IMG/VR virus record: IMGVR_UViG_3300034523_000260
Coordinates: 1 to 27,425 of that record
From: a virus
Taxonomy: Duplodnaviria; Caudoviricetes
Length of the DNA stretch: 27,425 nt
Direction: 5' to 3' (one strand)
Shown here: positions 19,145 through 27,425 of the stretch, one piece after another
Layout of the letters: every line of letters begins with the position of its first letter
Position numbering within the stretch: position 1 is the stretch's first letter
Made by a program: the position numbers and the translations under genes
Notes under the pieces: generated by a model
The model's database searches: none
What the model saw: the letters and a program-made list of their open reading frames with translations, nothing else
What the model was told of the DNA's origin: nothing

Positions 19145-19256
19145 CCCTGCGCGGCAGAAGGCCGCCGCCAGGCGGCTGGCCAAGGAGCTGAACTTTTCTG
19201 CCAGTGAGATCATGACCATGTCGTTCAGCGACATGGTCTGGTGGCTGGCGGATTGA
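19140..19256 (+). CDS. gpE'-like extension, probably reached by frameshift
   Basis: FDPARQKAAARRLAKELNFSASEIMTMSFSDMVWWLAD* in the +1 frame, with no suitable start codon. Confidence 0.6.
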   Translation, partial: FDPARQKAAARRLAKELNFSASEIMTMSFSDMVWWLAD

Positions 19257-19270
19257 AAGGGGAGACACGG

Positions 19271-21235
19271 ATGGCGAACAGATCAACGACAGCGCTTGGC
19301 GCAGTCGGTGTAACCGTCCCGGAACATGCGGGGTCGTTGGAAGGGCTACCTGGCCGCACGGTACCCATGAGAGAGCTGGGAAGGACTCAGCGGCTTGCCG
19401 AAGTCGGCGGCGGGGGAAGCACTGCCCCGCCCCCGCAAGGGGCGATGGCGCTACAGGGCGAGGATACGCAGGCCGAGTCCTTGAAAGTACAGCAACAGCA
19501 GGTCGGGCTGCTTCAGCAGCACAAGGCACTTCTGGAGCGCTCCCAGGGCGCCCGGTCGACCCAGCCGGGGCCTGAGTTACTGCCCCTGGTCGGCCAGGCG
19601 GCGCGCGATGTCGCCTCGTCGCTCCTGATCGCGGGCGGTGGTTACCTGGCGGCGAAGGGAGTCGCACAGGCTCAGGCGGCGATTGGCAAGGCTCGAAATG
19701 GGCTGGTCGGCTCGACTGACAGCAATGGACAACCTGGCGCCGCCCAGGGCAGCGCATCTGTCCGTCCGGGTACCCTGTACCTGCCAGCCTTGGTCATTGG
19801 CAGTACCGATGGTGCGCCAGGCAGCGAGGATTACCCGCTTGGCGCGGACGCGATGCCGGCCCCGCTGCCGCGGAGTGATGGACCAGGGCGTTGGGCGCAG
19901 GCGCTACAGGCCGGGAAGTCGGCTACCGGCATGGCTGGGCTGGATGCGTTGACGAAGTTGGTGTTTACGGCGACCACGGCTTCCACTCCGGAGCAGAGGG
20001 GGGAGGGGGAGGGTGCCGCCGCCGGTGGTTTCCTGGGGGCCGTGTCAGGGGCCATATTGGGCGCGGGCCTCAAGCTGGGCGCCCCTACGGCCTCGATGAT
20101 GCTCGGCTTTGCCGGCGACAAGGTTGGCGGTGTGGTGGGCAAGGAGCTGATGGCCAGGCCCGACAGCGCAGCGCACAGTGCTTCCGTGGCGGGCGTAGGC
20201 AACGGGCAGTCGACGCCGTCAGCAGACGCTGCGCCGCCATCGGCGTCGAGTACATCGTGGGGCACCTTGGCCAGCGCCCTGGGGATAGGCGTGGGGGCTG
20301 CAGCCTACAAGCATCGTGGCCGTTTACGCCGTCCCGGACGTGGGGTTGGTCTGGACGAACCTTATCCGCTAGGGGCGGATGCCGGACCGTCACCTTCCGG
20401 TATCAATCCACCACCTGGGCGTTGGGCCAGGCTGACGGGAGCTTTCAAGGCGGCTGGCAAGCTGCCTTGGCTGGAGGCCGGGGTAAAGGGGGCATACACC
20501 TATGCCACGGCCAAGACGCCCGAGGAGAAGGGGGCGGGTTATGGTGGTGCGATTGGCGGAGCGGTGGGTACGGTGCTGGGGGGGATGCTTCTCAGTGGCG
20601 TTGTCGGTCCGCCAGTTGCGATGCTGATCGGCAACATGGTTGGCGACAAGATCGGTGGTGTGATCGGGGGATGGGCTGGAAAGACATTCTTTAGCGCCTC
20701 TGACGAACTTCGCAAGAGTCCCCGGCAAGCAATTTCCCTGGGCGATCCGCGGCAGATCACCCTCGCTCCGAAGGGCGAGGTGCTCGATGGGCAGGTCGGC
20801 ACACGGATTGCCAGACAATTACTGGCGCCATCGCAGGTGGCGCATTCCAAGCCTCGGGCGGCAGTCGATGCGCGCCCCGCTGGTGGTGTCGAGGTGCCGC
20901 TGGCGATAGGGCCTGGAGTGCTGATTGGTGCACCTGTGGGCAAGTATTTCTCCGAGCGCGCCGCCGAGTTCAAACCTCAGGAAACCAGCGTACCTGCTGG
21001 GCCGCTGGCGCTGCCCGATGCAGGGCCGCGCCCGGTGCATAGCCAAGGCTTGGCCACGCAGCCCGTCAGCCAGCAGCTCACGTTCACCGCGAACATGCCT
21101 ATCACCGTGCAGGGCAGCGTGGACGCACCCAACCAGCTCACCCAGCAACTCGAAGAGGCGGTCCGACGTGTCATGCAGGACCTGCAAAGGCAGGCCTACA
21201 ACGCACAGCTGGCCGATCATCCCAATCCATTCTGA
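19271..21235 (+). CDS. Tape-measure-like protein (atypical)
   Basis: Position after the chaperone, Ala/Gly-rich with glycine-zipper segments, GGAG RBS before ATG 19271. Confidence 0.72.
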   Translation: MANRSTTALGAVGVTVPEHAGSLEGLPGRTVPMRELGRTQRLAEVGGGGSTAPPPQGAMALQGEDTQAESLKVQQQQVGLLQQHKALLERSQGARSTQPGPELLPLVGQAARDVASSLLIAGGGYLAAKGVAQAQAAIGKARNGLVGSTDSNGQPGAAQGSASVRPGTLYLPALVIGSTDGAPGSEDYPLGADAMPAPLPRSDGPGRWAQALQAGKSATGMAGLDALTKLVFTATTASTPEQRGEGEGAAAGGFLGAVSGAILGAGLKLGAPTASMMLGFAGDKVGGVVGKELMARPDSAAHSASVAGVGNGQSTPSADAAPPSASSTSWGTLASALGIGVGAAAYKHRGRLRRPGRGVGLDEPYPLGADAGPSPSGINPPPGRWARLTGAFKAAGKLPWLEAGVKGAYTYATAKTPEEKGAGYGGAIGGAVGTVLGGMLLSGVVGPPVAMLIGNMVGDKIGGVIGGWAGKTFFSASDELRKSPRQAISLGDPRQITLAPKGEVLDGQVGTRIARQLLAPSQVAHSKPRAAVDARPAGGVEVPLAIGPGVLIGAPVGKYFSERAAEFKPQETSVPAGPLALPDAGPRPVHSQGLATQPVSQQLTFTANMPITVQGSVDAPNQLTQQLEEAVRRVMQDLQRQAYNAQLADHPNPF

Positions 21236-21246
21236 CAGGAGGATCC

Positions 21247-22092
21247 ATGACCTATATGGAGCAGCTGCAAGCCACGCTGCACGCCCTGGTCAAGGCAGGA
21301 GAAGCAGGGCGTCGGCATGCCGGCGCCATGCTTGATCCGATGAACGACGCGATCGGCCATGTACAGGGCGCGGTCGTCGTGCTGGAGGGGCTGCCAGTGG
21401 TTGGCCCGTTCATCGCCGCCAAACTCCAGCGCACGATGCGCGCGATCACGAATGCCCAGTCTCGGGTTGCCAAGGTAGCGGCCAGGTATGAGCAGACGCT
21501 GGCCGTGGTACGCCAGGTACGTGATCGCATCGATACCTTCGCCGGGCATATCGCCAAGGCCGGCACCGCCATAAAGCGGTTGGTAAAGGAGTTACCCTCG
21601 GCCGTCAACGGCATGCTGTCGACACTGGGCTTCGCGCCTGAGGCGACGCCGGCTGCCGAAGCTATAAAGCCGTTCCCGCACCTGCTGGTGCTGCAACCGC
21701 TCAAGGCGGGCGCGGCGCCTTACTACTTCAACCTCGACACCGCCGCCTTCGACCAGTTGCGCCGGCAGACTCGTTTCCGTTGGGCCGGCCAGGAGCGGCT
21801 GAGCCGCGACACCGCGCAGCAGGCGGTGAGCCTGGGTGAAGAGACCATCAGCATTCGAGGGGCGATCTTCCCCGGTTTCAAGGGTGGCCTTGGCCAGTTG
21901 CAGACACTGCGCAGCATTGGCCGCCAGTTGCTGCCACTGTCGTTGACCACTGGCTACGGCGAGGTGCTCGGTACCTGGTGCCTGACCAGCATCGAGGAAG
22001 AGCAGAGTGTCCTGCTGGCTGGCGGCATTCCGCGCAAACAAGGATTTTCACTGGAGTTCGTGAGCTATGGCCAAGACCTGCACAACGTCTGA
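21247..22092 (+). CDS. Tail protein gpU-like with N-terminal extension
   Basis: RWAGQERL, GEETISIRG, GYGEVLGTW and FSLEF. Confidence 0.85.
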   Translation: MTYMEQLQATLHALVKAGEAGRRHAGAMLDPMNDAIGHVQGAVVVLEGLPVVGPFIAAKLQRTMRAITNAQSRVAKVAARYEQTLAVVRQVRDRIDTFAGHIAKAGTAIKRLVKELPSAVNGMLSTLGFAPEATPAAEAIKPFPHLLVLQPLKAGAAPYYFNLDTAAFDQLRRQTRFRWAGQERLSRDTAQQAVSLGEETISIRGAIFPGFKGGLGQLQTLRSIGRQLLPLSLTTGYGEVLGTWCLTSIEEEQSVLLAGGIPRKQGFSLEFVSYGQDLHNV

Positions 22093-22273
22093 GGGCGACC
22101 TGCTCGATACTCTCTGCCAGCACTATTACGGCCATCTTTCCGGCACGGTCGAGGCCGTGCTGGATGCCAACCAGGGGCTGGCGGACGAGGCGCAGCCGTT
22201 TCGCGCCGGGGTGAGGATCCTGTTGCCGGAACTGCCGATGACGACGAGCGAAACCTTGCAACTGTGGGACTGA
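22067..22273 (+). CDS. Tail protein gpX
   Basis: GDLLDTLC.HYYG...VLDANQGLA...LWD. Confidence 0.9.
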   Translation: MAKTCTTSEGDLLDTLCQHYYGHLSGTVEAVLDANQGLADEAQPFRAGVRILLPELPMTTSETLQLWD

Positions 22274-22289
22274 CATCGGAGCCTCAATC

Positions 22290-23324
22290 GTGCAACCCCA
22301 ATTCCGTATCACCGCCGACGGCAATGACATCACCAACCTGATCAACGACCGTCTGCTGCTGCTGCGCACCACTGATAAACCTGGCCTCGAGTCGGACGAA
22401 TTCGAACTGCGCATCGATGCCCGTGACGGCAACGTGGCGCTGCCGGCCAGGGGCGCGCTGCTGGAGGTGCACCTGGGCTACGCCGGCCAGCCTTTGAGCC
22501 GCCTGGGTCGCTACACCGTCGATGAGGTCGAGCTGTCGGGCCCGCCAGACACCCTGGTGATCCGCGGCAAGGCCAGCGACCTGCGTGGCAGCGGCAAGAC
22601 CATCCGCAGCGGCAGTTGGGAGAATACGACGCTGCAGGGCATCGTCGCCGAGATCGGTGCCCGCAACGGTTGGCAGGCGGTGTGCCCGGTGGCCGTGCAG
22701 GTGCCGCGGATCGACCAGTACAGCGAGTCGGACTTCAACTTTGTCACCCGCCTGGCGCGCCTGCACGACTGCACCGCCAAGCTCGCCAATGGGCAGCTGC
22801 TGGTGCTGCCGCGCCAGGGTGGACATAGCGCCAGCGGCAAGCCGCTGGACGTGGTGGGCATTACACGCAACCAGGTCAGCCAGTGGCAGTTCCGCCTGGC
22901 CGACAAGAGCACCCACAAGGCCGTCAGGACCCGCCACCAGGACAGCGCCAGCGGGCGCCTGCAGGCGGTGGAGCTGGTCAATGGCGATGCCCCCGACGGC
23001 CTGCAGCCGGTCTACACCGACCGTCACCTGTACCCCAACCGGGCGGCGGCGGAACAGGCCGCCCGTGCCCGCCTGGCCAGCTTCAACCGCGACACTGCCA
23101 GCGTGCGCCTCGACATGCCTGGGCGCACCGACCTGTTCGCCGAGCGCGCCATCGATGTCCAAGGCTTCCTCGCCGGGCTCGATGGCCTTTACCTGATCGA
23201 GTCGGTCGAGCAGGTGTTCACCAGCAGTGGCTGGCGCACCACCGTGCAATGCAATGGTGGGCGCCAGGGCAAGGCCAGGGCCAAGGGCTCCGCGCCCAGG
23301 CGGGTGGGGACGCTCAATGCCTGA
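22290..23324 (+). CDS. Baseplate hub/late control protein gpD
   Basis: ESDEFEL, YTVDEVELSGPP and ESDFNFVTRLA. Confidence 0.92.
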   Translation: MQPQFRITADGNDITNLINDRLLLLRTTDKPGLESDEFELRIDARDGNVALPARGALLEVHLGYAGQPLSRLGRYTVDEVELSGPPDTLVIRGKASDLRGSGKTIRSGSWENTTLQGIVAEIGARNGWQAVCPVAVQVPRIDQYSESDFNFVTRLARLHDCTAKLANGQLLVLPRQGGHSASGKPLDVVGITRNQVSQWQFRLADKSTHKAVRTRHQDSASGRLQAVELVNGDAPDGLQPVYTDRHLYPNRAAAEQAARARLASFNRDTASVRLDMPGRTDLFAERAIDVQGFLAGLDGLYLIESVEQVFTSSGWRTTVQCNGGRQGKARAKGSAPRRVGTLNA

Positions 23325-23417
23325 GGCGTGGTGGAGACGGTTTCCCGGTGCCTGCGGGCAAACGCGCTTCCTATAGTCGCTTCTTGCTACTCAATCGCGC
23401 TTCAGGATCACCGTCAT

Positions 23418-23627
23418 ATGTTCATCGACCTTCGCTGTGGCCAGTGCCGCAAGCTGCTGGCCCGCATCACCCCGGTTTCCGAGCTCCAGATCAAGTGCGG
23501 CCGCTGCCGTACCTTGAATCATGTGAAAGCCGCGCGCTTCGAGCCATCGCCCATGAGCGAGCCACTGGCGGCATTGGCTGCCGTTCGATCCGATCGCAAT
23601 GGAGAATGCGCCGATGCCGCTCACTGA
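23418..23627 (+). CDS. Second Com-like zinc-ribbon regulator
   Basis: RCGQCRKLLAR...IKCGRCRTLN. The 3' end overlaps the endolysin start. Confidence 0.78.
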   Translation: MFIDLRCGQCRKLLARITPVSELQIKCGRCRTLNHVKAARFEPSPMSEPLAALAAVRSDRNGECADAAH

Positions 23628-24165
23628 ACAGCAACTCAAGCAGATCTACCCACTTGCCGGCGCGCGCGTCGCCACTTTCTTGCCGGCGCTGAACACGGCC
23701 ATGGCCAACTGGGAGATCGACCACCCTAAGCGCATTGCCGCGTTCCTGGCCCAGGTCGGCCATGAGTCCGGCCAATTGCGCTATGTGAAAGAGCTGGGCA
23801 ACGACAAGTACCTGGCCCGCTACGACACCGGCATCCTGGCCCTGCGCCTGGGCAATACGCCCGAAGCTGACGGCGATGGCCAGCGCTACTGTGGCCGTGG
23901 CCTGATCCAGGTGACCGGGCGTAACAACTACCAGGCCTGTAGCCGTGCGTTGTTCGGTGACGAGCGCCTACTGGCGCAACCGCAGATGCTCGAGCAGCCG
24001 CGCTGGGCCTGCGAATCGGCGGCCTGGTTCTGGCACTCGCGTGGGCTCAACGCCCTGGCCGACCAGGGTGAGTTCAACCGCATCACCCGGCATATCAATG
24101 GCGGCCTGAACGGTTTGTCCGAACGCCTCGAACTGTGGGCGCGGGCGCGGGAGGTGTTGTGCTGA
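23614..24165 (+). CDS. Tailocin endolysin, GH19
   Basis: AQVGHESG, GRGLIQVTG and INGGLNG. Confidence 0.93.
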   Translation: MPLTEQQLKQIYPLAGARVATFLPALNTAMANWEIDHPKRIAAFLAQVGHESGQLRYVKELGNDKYLARYDTGILALRLGNTPEADGDGQRYCGRGLIQVTGRNNYQACSRALFGDERLLAQPQMLEQPRWACESAAWFWHSRGLNALADQGEFNRITRHINGGLNGLSERLELWARAREVLC

Positions 24166-24659
24166 GCCGCCTGCAACTGGCGGTGTGCATCGGGCTGATG
24201 GTGTTGTCTGCTGCCGTGGCCTGGCAGGCGCAGGGCTGGCGCCTTGGTCGCCAGCTGGCCACACAGGAACAAGCTCTGGTGCAGCAGCGCCTGGACCAGG
24301 CCGAGGCGCTGCACGGCATGCTGCTGGCCGAGCGCGAGCAGCGCCAGGGCCTCGAACAACGCCTGCACGACAATGAAGCGAAACATTTCCAGGAGTTGAC
24401 CGATGCCCAGCACGCTCAGGCTCGCCTGCGTGACCGCCTTGCTACTGCCGATCTGCGCCTGTCGGTCCTGGTCGAGCGCGACACCACCTGTGCCCCAGTG
24501 CCTGCCGCCACCGGCGCCGGCGGCGTGGATCATGGCCCCGTACGCGCCCGACTTGACCCGGCGCATGCTCGACGAATTGTCGCCATCACCGACGAGGGCG
24601 ACCGTGGACTGATCGCCTTGCGGGCGTGTCAGGCGTATATCCGTGCACTGGCCCCCTGA
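24159..24659 (+). CDS. Rz-like spanin
   Basis: GGAGG RBS then GTG, TM helix and coiled coil. Homologous to 3022-3564. Confidence 0.88.
   Translation: MLSRLQLAVCIGLMVLSAAVAWQAQGWRLGRQLATQEQALVQQRLDQAEALHGMLLAEREQRQGLEQRLHDNEAKHFQELTDAQHAQARLRDRLATADLRLSVLVERDTTCAPVPAATGAGGVDHGPVRARLDPAHARRIVAITDEGDRGLIALRACQAYIRALAP
24403..24612 (+). CDS. Rz1-like lipoprotein nested in Rz
   Basis: Lipoprotein signal (LLLPICAC). Homologous to 3293-3517. Confidence 0.75.
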   Translation: MPSTLRLACVTALLLPICACRSWSSATPPVPQCLPPPAPAAWIMAPYAPDLTRRMLDELSPSPTRATVD

Positions 24660-24718
24660 GCGCTTGCCAGAAGGGGCGGGAGTGGTAGGGTAGGGCGCAG
24701 TCTTGCCAGGAGCCCACC

Positions 24719-25201
24719 ATGGACCCGATCACTGTTCTCTCCACCCGCCTGGGTGAACACCTGCGGCGCTTCAATGCCCAGGTGACCACCGCCGAGTCCT
24801 GCACCGGTGGCGGCATCGCCGAGGCCATCACCCGTATCCCCGGCAGTTCGGCCTGGTTCGAGGCCGGCTACGTCACCTACTCGAATGCCCAGAAAACCCG
24901 CCAGCTAGATGTACCCGAAGCGTTGTTCGCCGAGGTGGGCGCGGTCAGCCAGGAGGTGGTCGAGGCCATGGTACGCGGCGCCCGGGCTGCCAGCGGCGCG
25001 CGCTTTGCGGTCGCGGTCAGCGGCGTGGCCGGCCCCGACGGCGGTTCAGCGGCCAAGCCGGTGGGCACGGTGTGGCTGGCCTGGGCCGACGGCGACCACG
25101 TGAGCAGCGAGCGGCGCCACTTCGACGGTGACCGCGAAGCGGTGCGGCGACAGACGGTGATCGCCGCGTTAGACGGCTTGTTACAGCTTGGCGCGGAGTA
25201 A
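24719..25201 (+). CDS. cinA: CinA/PncC family NMN deamidase
   Basis: [16 protein letters not shown] and SGVAGPDGG, directly upstream of recA. Confidence 0.95.
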   Translation: MDPITVLSTRLGEHLRRFNAQVTTAESCTGGGIAEAITRIPGSSAWFEAGYVTYSNAQKTRQLDVPEALFAEVGAVSQEVVEAMVRGARAASGARFAVAVSGVAGPDGGSAAKPVGTVWLAWADGDHVSSERRHFDGDREAVRRQTVIAALDGLLQLGAE

Positions 25202-25246
25202 TTCGCCCGACGGGGGTTTGCGGAAACGAATCCCTGTGGAATAATA

Positions 25247-25262
25247 CTGGCTACTTATACAG
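25247..25262. promoter_or_regulatory. LexA box of the host recA promoter
   Basis: CTGGCTACTTATACAG adjoining TAATACT. Confidence 0.88.
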
Positions 25263-25305
25263 TTATTCCGGCCGTCAGGGCCACGTCGAACACGTGAGGA
25301 TTTCA

Positions 25306-25830
25306 ATGGACGACAACAAGAAGCGCGCCTTGGCTGCGGCCCTGGGTCAGATCGAACGCCAATTCGGCAAAGGCGCGGTCATGCGCATGGGCGACCACGA
25401 GCGCCAAGCGATCCCCGCCATCTCCACCGGTTCCCTGGGCCTGGACATCGCCCTGGGCATTGGTGGCCTGCCGAAAGGCCGTATCGTCGAGATCTACGGC
25501 CCGGAGTCTTCGGGTAAAACCACGCTGACCCTGTCGGTCATCGCCGAAGCCCAGAAGAACGGCGCCACCTGCGCCTTCGTCGACGCCGAGCACGCCCTGG
25601 ATCCTGAGTACGCCGGCAAGCTGGGTGTCAACGTCGACGACCTGTTGGTCTCGCAGCCGGACACCGGCGAGCAGGCCCTGGAAATCACCGACATGCTGGT
25701 GCGCTCCAACGCCGTCGACGTGATCATCGTCGACTCCGTGGCCGCGCTGGTGCCCAAGGCCGAGATCGAAGGCGAGATGGGCGACATGCACGTCGGCCTG
25801 CAGTATGCAGTATTCGGAATCGCAGCATAG
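25306..25830 (+). pseudogene. recA: Host recA 5' half, truncated by insertion
   Basis: Typical Pseudomonas RecA up to GDMHVGLQ (25803), then unrelated YAVFGIAA* and a drop in GC. Confidence 0.93.
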
Positions 25831-25927
25831 TTTTGGTTCACTTAGGAGGTATCCCTTCCCTCACAAGGGATACGCCCTAAGCTAATCAGCAATATTCGAT
25901 TAATCCTAATTTGAGTGGTCGACGAGA

Positions 25928-26974
25928 ATGGATCAGGCAAAAAACAAAGCGTTGGAAATGGCTCTTTCTCAGATCGAGAAGCAGTTTGGTAAGGGTGCCA
26001 TCATGCGGCTCGGCTCCGACCGCACAATGGATATCGATGTTGTCTCGACCGGTTCTCTGGGCCTTGACATCGCTCTGGGCGTGGGCGGTCTGCCGCGTGG
26101 TCGTATTGTTGAAATCTACGGCCCAGAGTCTTCCGGTAAAACTACCCTGACTCTTTCCGTCATTGCTGAAGCTCAGCGTCAAGGTTTGACCTGTGCATTC
26201 GTCGATGCTGAGCACGCCCTTGATCCAATCTATGCCGCCAAACTTGGTGTGAATATCGATGATCTTCTGTGCTCGCAGCCTGACACTGGCGAACAGGCAC
26301 TTGAGATCGTAGACATTCTGACTCGTTCGGGTGCGGTCAACGTTATTGTCGTCGACTCCGTAGCTGCTCTTGTTCCGAAAGCTGAAATTGAAGGTGAGAT
26401 CGGGGACTCCCATGTTGGCCTTGCCGCCCGAATGATGTCGCAGGCGATGAGGAAGATTACTGGTAACCTGAAGAACTCCAACACTATGTGTATCTTCATT
26501 AACCAGATCCGTATGAAGATCGGCGTGATGTTCGGCAGCCCGGAAACCACCACCGGTGGTAACGCCCTGAAGTTCTACGCTTCGGTACGTCTGGACATCC
26601 GCCGTACCGGTGCGGTCAAGGAAGGCGACGAGGTGGTTGGTAGCGAAACCCGCGTTAAAGTGGTCAAGAACAAAGTTGCTGCTCCATTCAGGCAAGCCGA
26701 GTTCCAGATCGTTTACGGCCAAGGTATCAGCAAAGCCGGCGAGATCGTTGACCTGGCAGTTTCCAATAACTTCGTTGAAAAGTCTGGCGCCTGGTACTCC
26801 TTCGAAGGCAACAAGATTGGTCAAGGTAAGGCCAATACCATGAAGTGGCTGCTGGAAAACAAGCCTACCATGGACAAGCTGGAAGGTATGATTCGCGACA
26901 AGTTGATGTCTAAGCCTCAGACTGAAACCTCTGCCAATCTCGCAGCTCTGGAAGAGCCAGCTGACGACTATTGA
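25928..26974 (+). CDS. recA: Full-length divergent RecA carried by the element
   Basis: 348 aa with GPESSGKTT Walker [19 protein letters not shown] and an acidic tail. Confidence 0.96.
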   Translation: MDQAKNKALEMALSQIEKQFGKGAIMRLGSDRTMDIDVVSTGSLGLDIALGVGGLPRGRIVEIYGPESSGKTTLTLSVIAEAQRQGLTCAFVDAEHALDPIYAAKLGVNIDDLLCSQPDTGEQALEIVDILTRSGAVNVIVVDSVAALVPKAEIEGEIGDSHVGLAARMMSQAMRKITGNLKNSNTMCIFINQIRMKIGVMFGSPETTTGGNALKFYASVRLDIRRTGAVKEGDEVVGSETRVKVVKNKVAAPFRQAEFQIVYGQGISKAGEIVDLAVSNNFVEKSGAWYSFEGNKIGQGKANTMKWLLENKPTMDKLEGMIRDKLMSKPQTETSANLAALEEPADDY

Positions 26975-27033
26975 TACCTCACAGCACCTCCAGGTCGCTG
27001 CAGGTAGTCGCTAGTTAAGTTGCTGTTCCCCAT

Positions 27034-27061
27034 AAAGCCTAGCTCCCCAGCTAGGCTTTTT
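27034..27061 (+). terminator. Intrinsic terminator after the element recA
   Basis: AAAGCCTAGCT-cccc-AGCTAGGCTTTTT. Confidence 0.85.
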
Positions 27062-27425
27062 ATTTCGTGTAAAACTCAATACCTCCCCCTTCAAGGTGAA
27101 CTACTGTTCGCCTCTCGCCCAGCTTGACTCTAAAAAATCCCCATCGAATTCTTTTGTGATCAAAACAGCTTTCCCCCACCACAATCCAAAACGGATACAC
27201 TCGTCCTAGGCGATCTGCCATCACCATAATCGGCTTTCGTAACGGACACATCCATGGACTACGCACGCATCAGGGGCAAGGACTCAGGTAAGCATCTGGC
27301 CCTGAATTCATAGAATAAGCGCAACGCTTGAAACGAGAGGCAGAGAGCCAGCCACCGGTAGAATCCAGGCTCTCACACCGAAGGATTCAAGCGCAGATGA
27401 CTACGCATTACCGGCAGCTGACTCA

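Larger units (their letters stand above)
25804..27425. mobile_element. Left end of an element inserted in recA
   Basis: Sharp junction within recA, lower GC, carries a divergent recA, and no recA 3' half or recX follows in the window. Confidence 0.8.

Noticed and set aside
25306-26974. Simple tandem duplication, intein or intron in recA
   Set aside because: The second copy is full length and highly divergent, and there is no in-frame intein or intron-encoded protein at the break.
27060-27266. 68-aa minus-strand ORF
   Set aside because: No RBS or motif recognised, and context is cut off by the window edge.

Overview
Pseudomonas (putida-group, probably P. mosselii-like) chromosome at the mutS-cinA-recA locus, with three adjacent accessory elements. 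(1) 1-~7850 is the right end of a P2-like prophage: gpD end, O-antigen acetyltransferase moron, GH19 endolysin with Rz/Rz1, SOS-boxed DNA adenine methylase, nonsense-inactivated SRAP gene, and an Abi_2/AbiF-type HEPN gene with a terminated leader RNA. Its attachment site falls inside the first ten codons of mutS. (2) 8318-24659 is a complete R-type tailocin cluster (PrtR-like repressor, holin, baseplate, fibre, sheath, tube, lysis genes) carrying the lectin-like bacteriocin LlpA, an unknown secreted protein and two Com-like zinc-ribbon genes. (3) After cinA, the host recA is cut at codon ~166 by a second element whose first gene is a divergent, apparently mosaic, full-length recA. This copy has no SOS box of its own and sits directly behind the host LexA-controlled promoter. 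Both DNA-repair genes flanking the tailocin are therefore integration targets. All protein identifications come from recalled family motifs and synteny; no searches were run.
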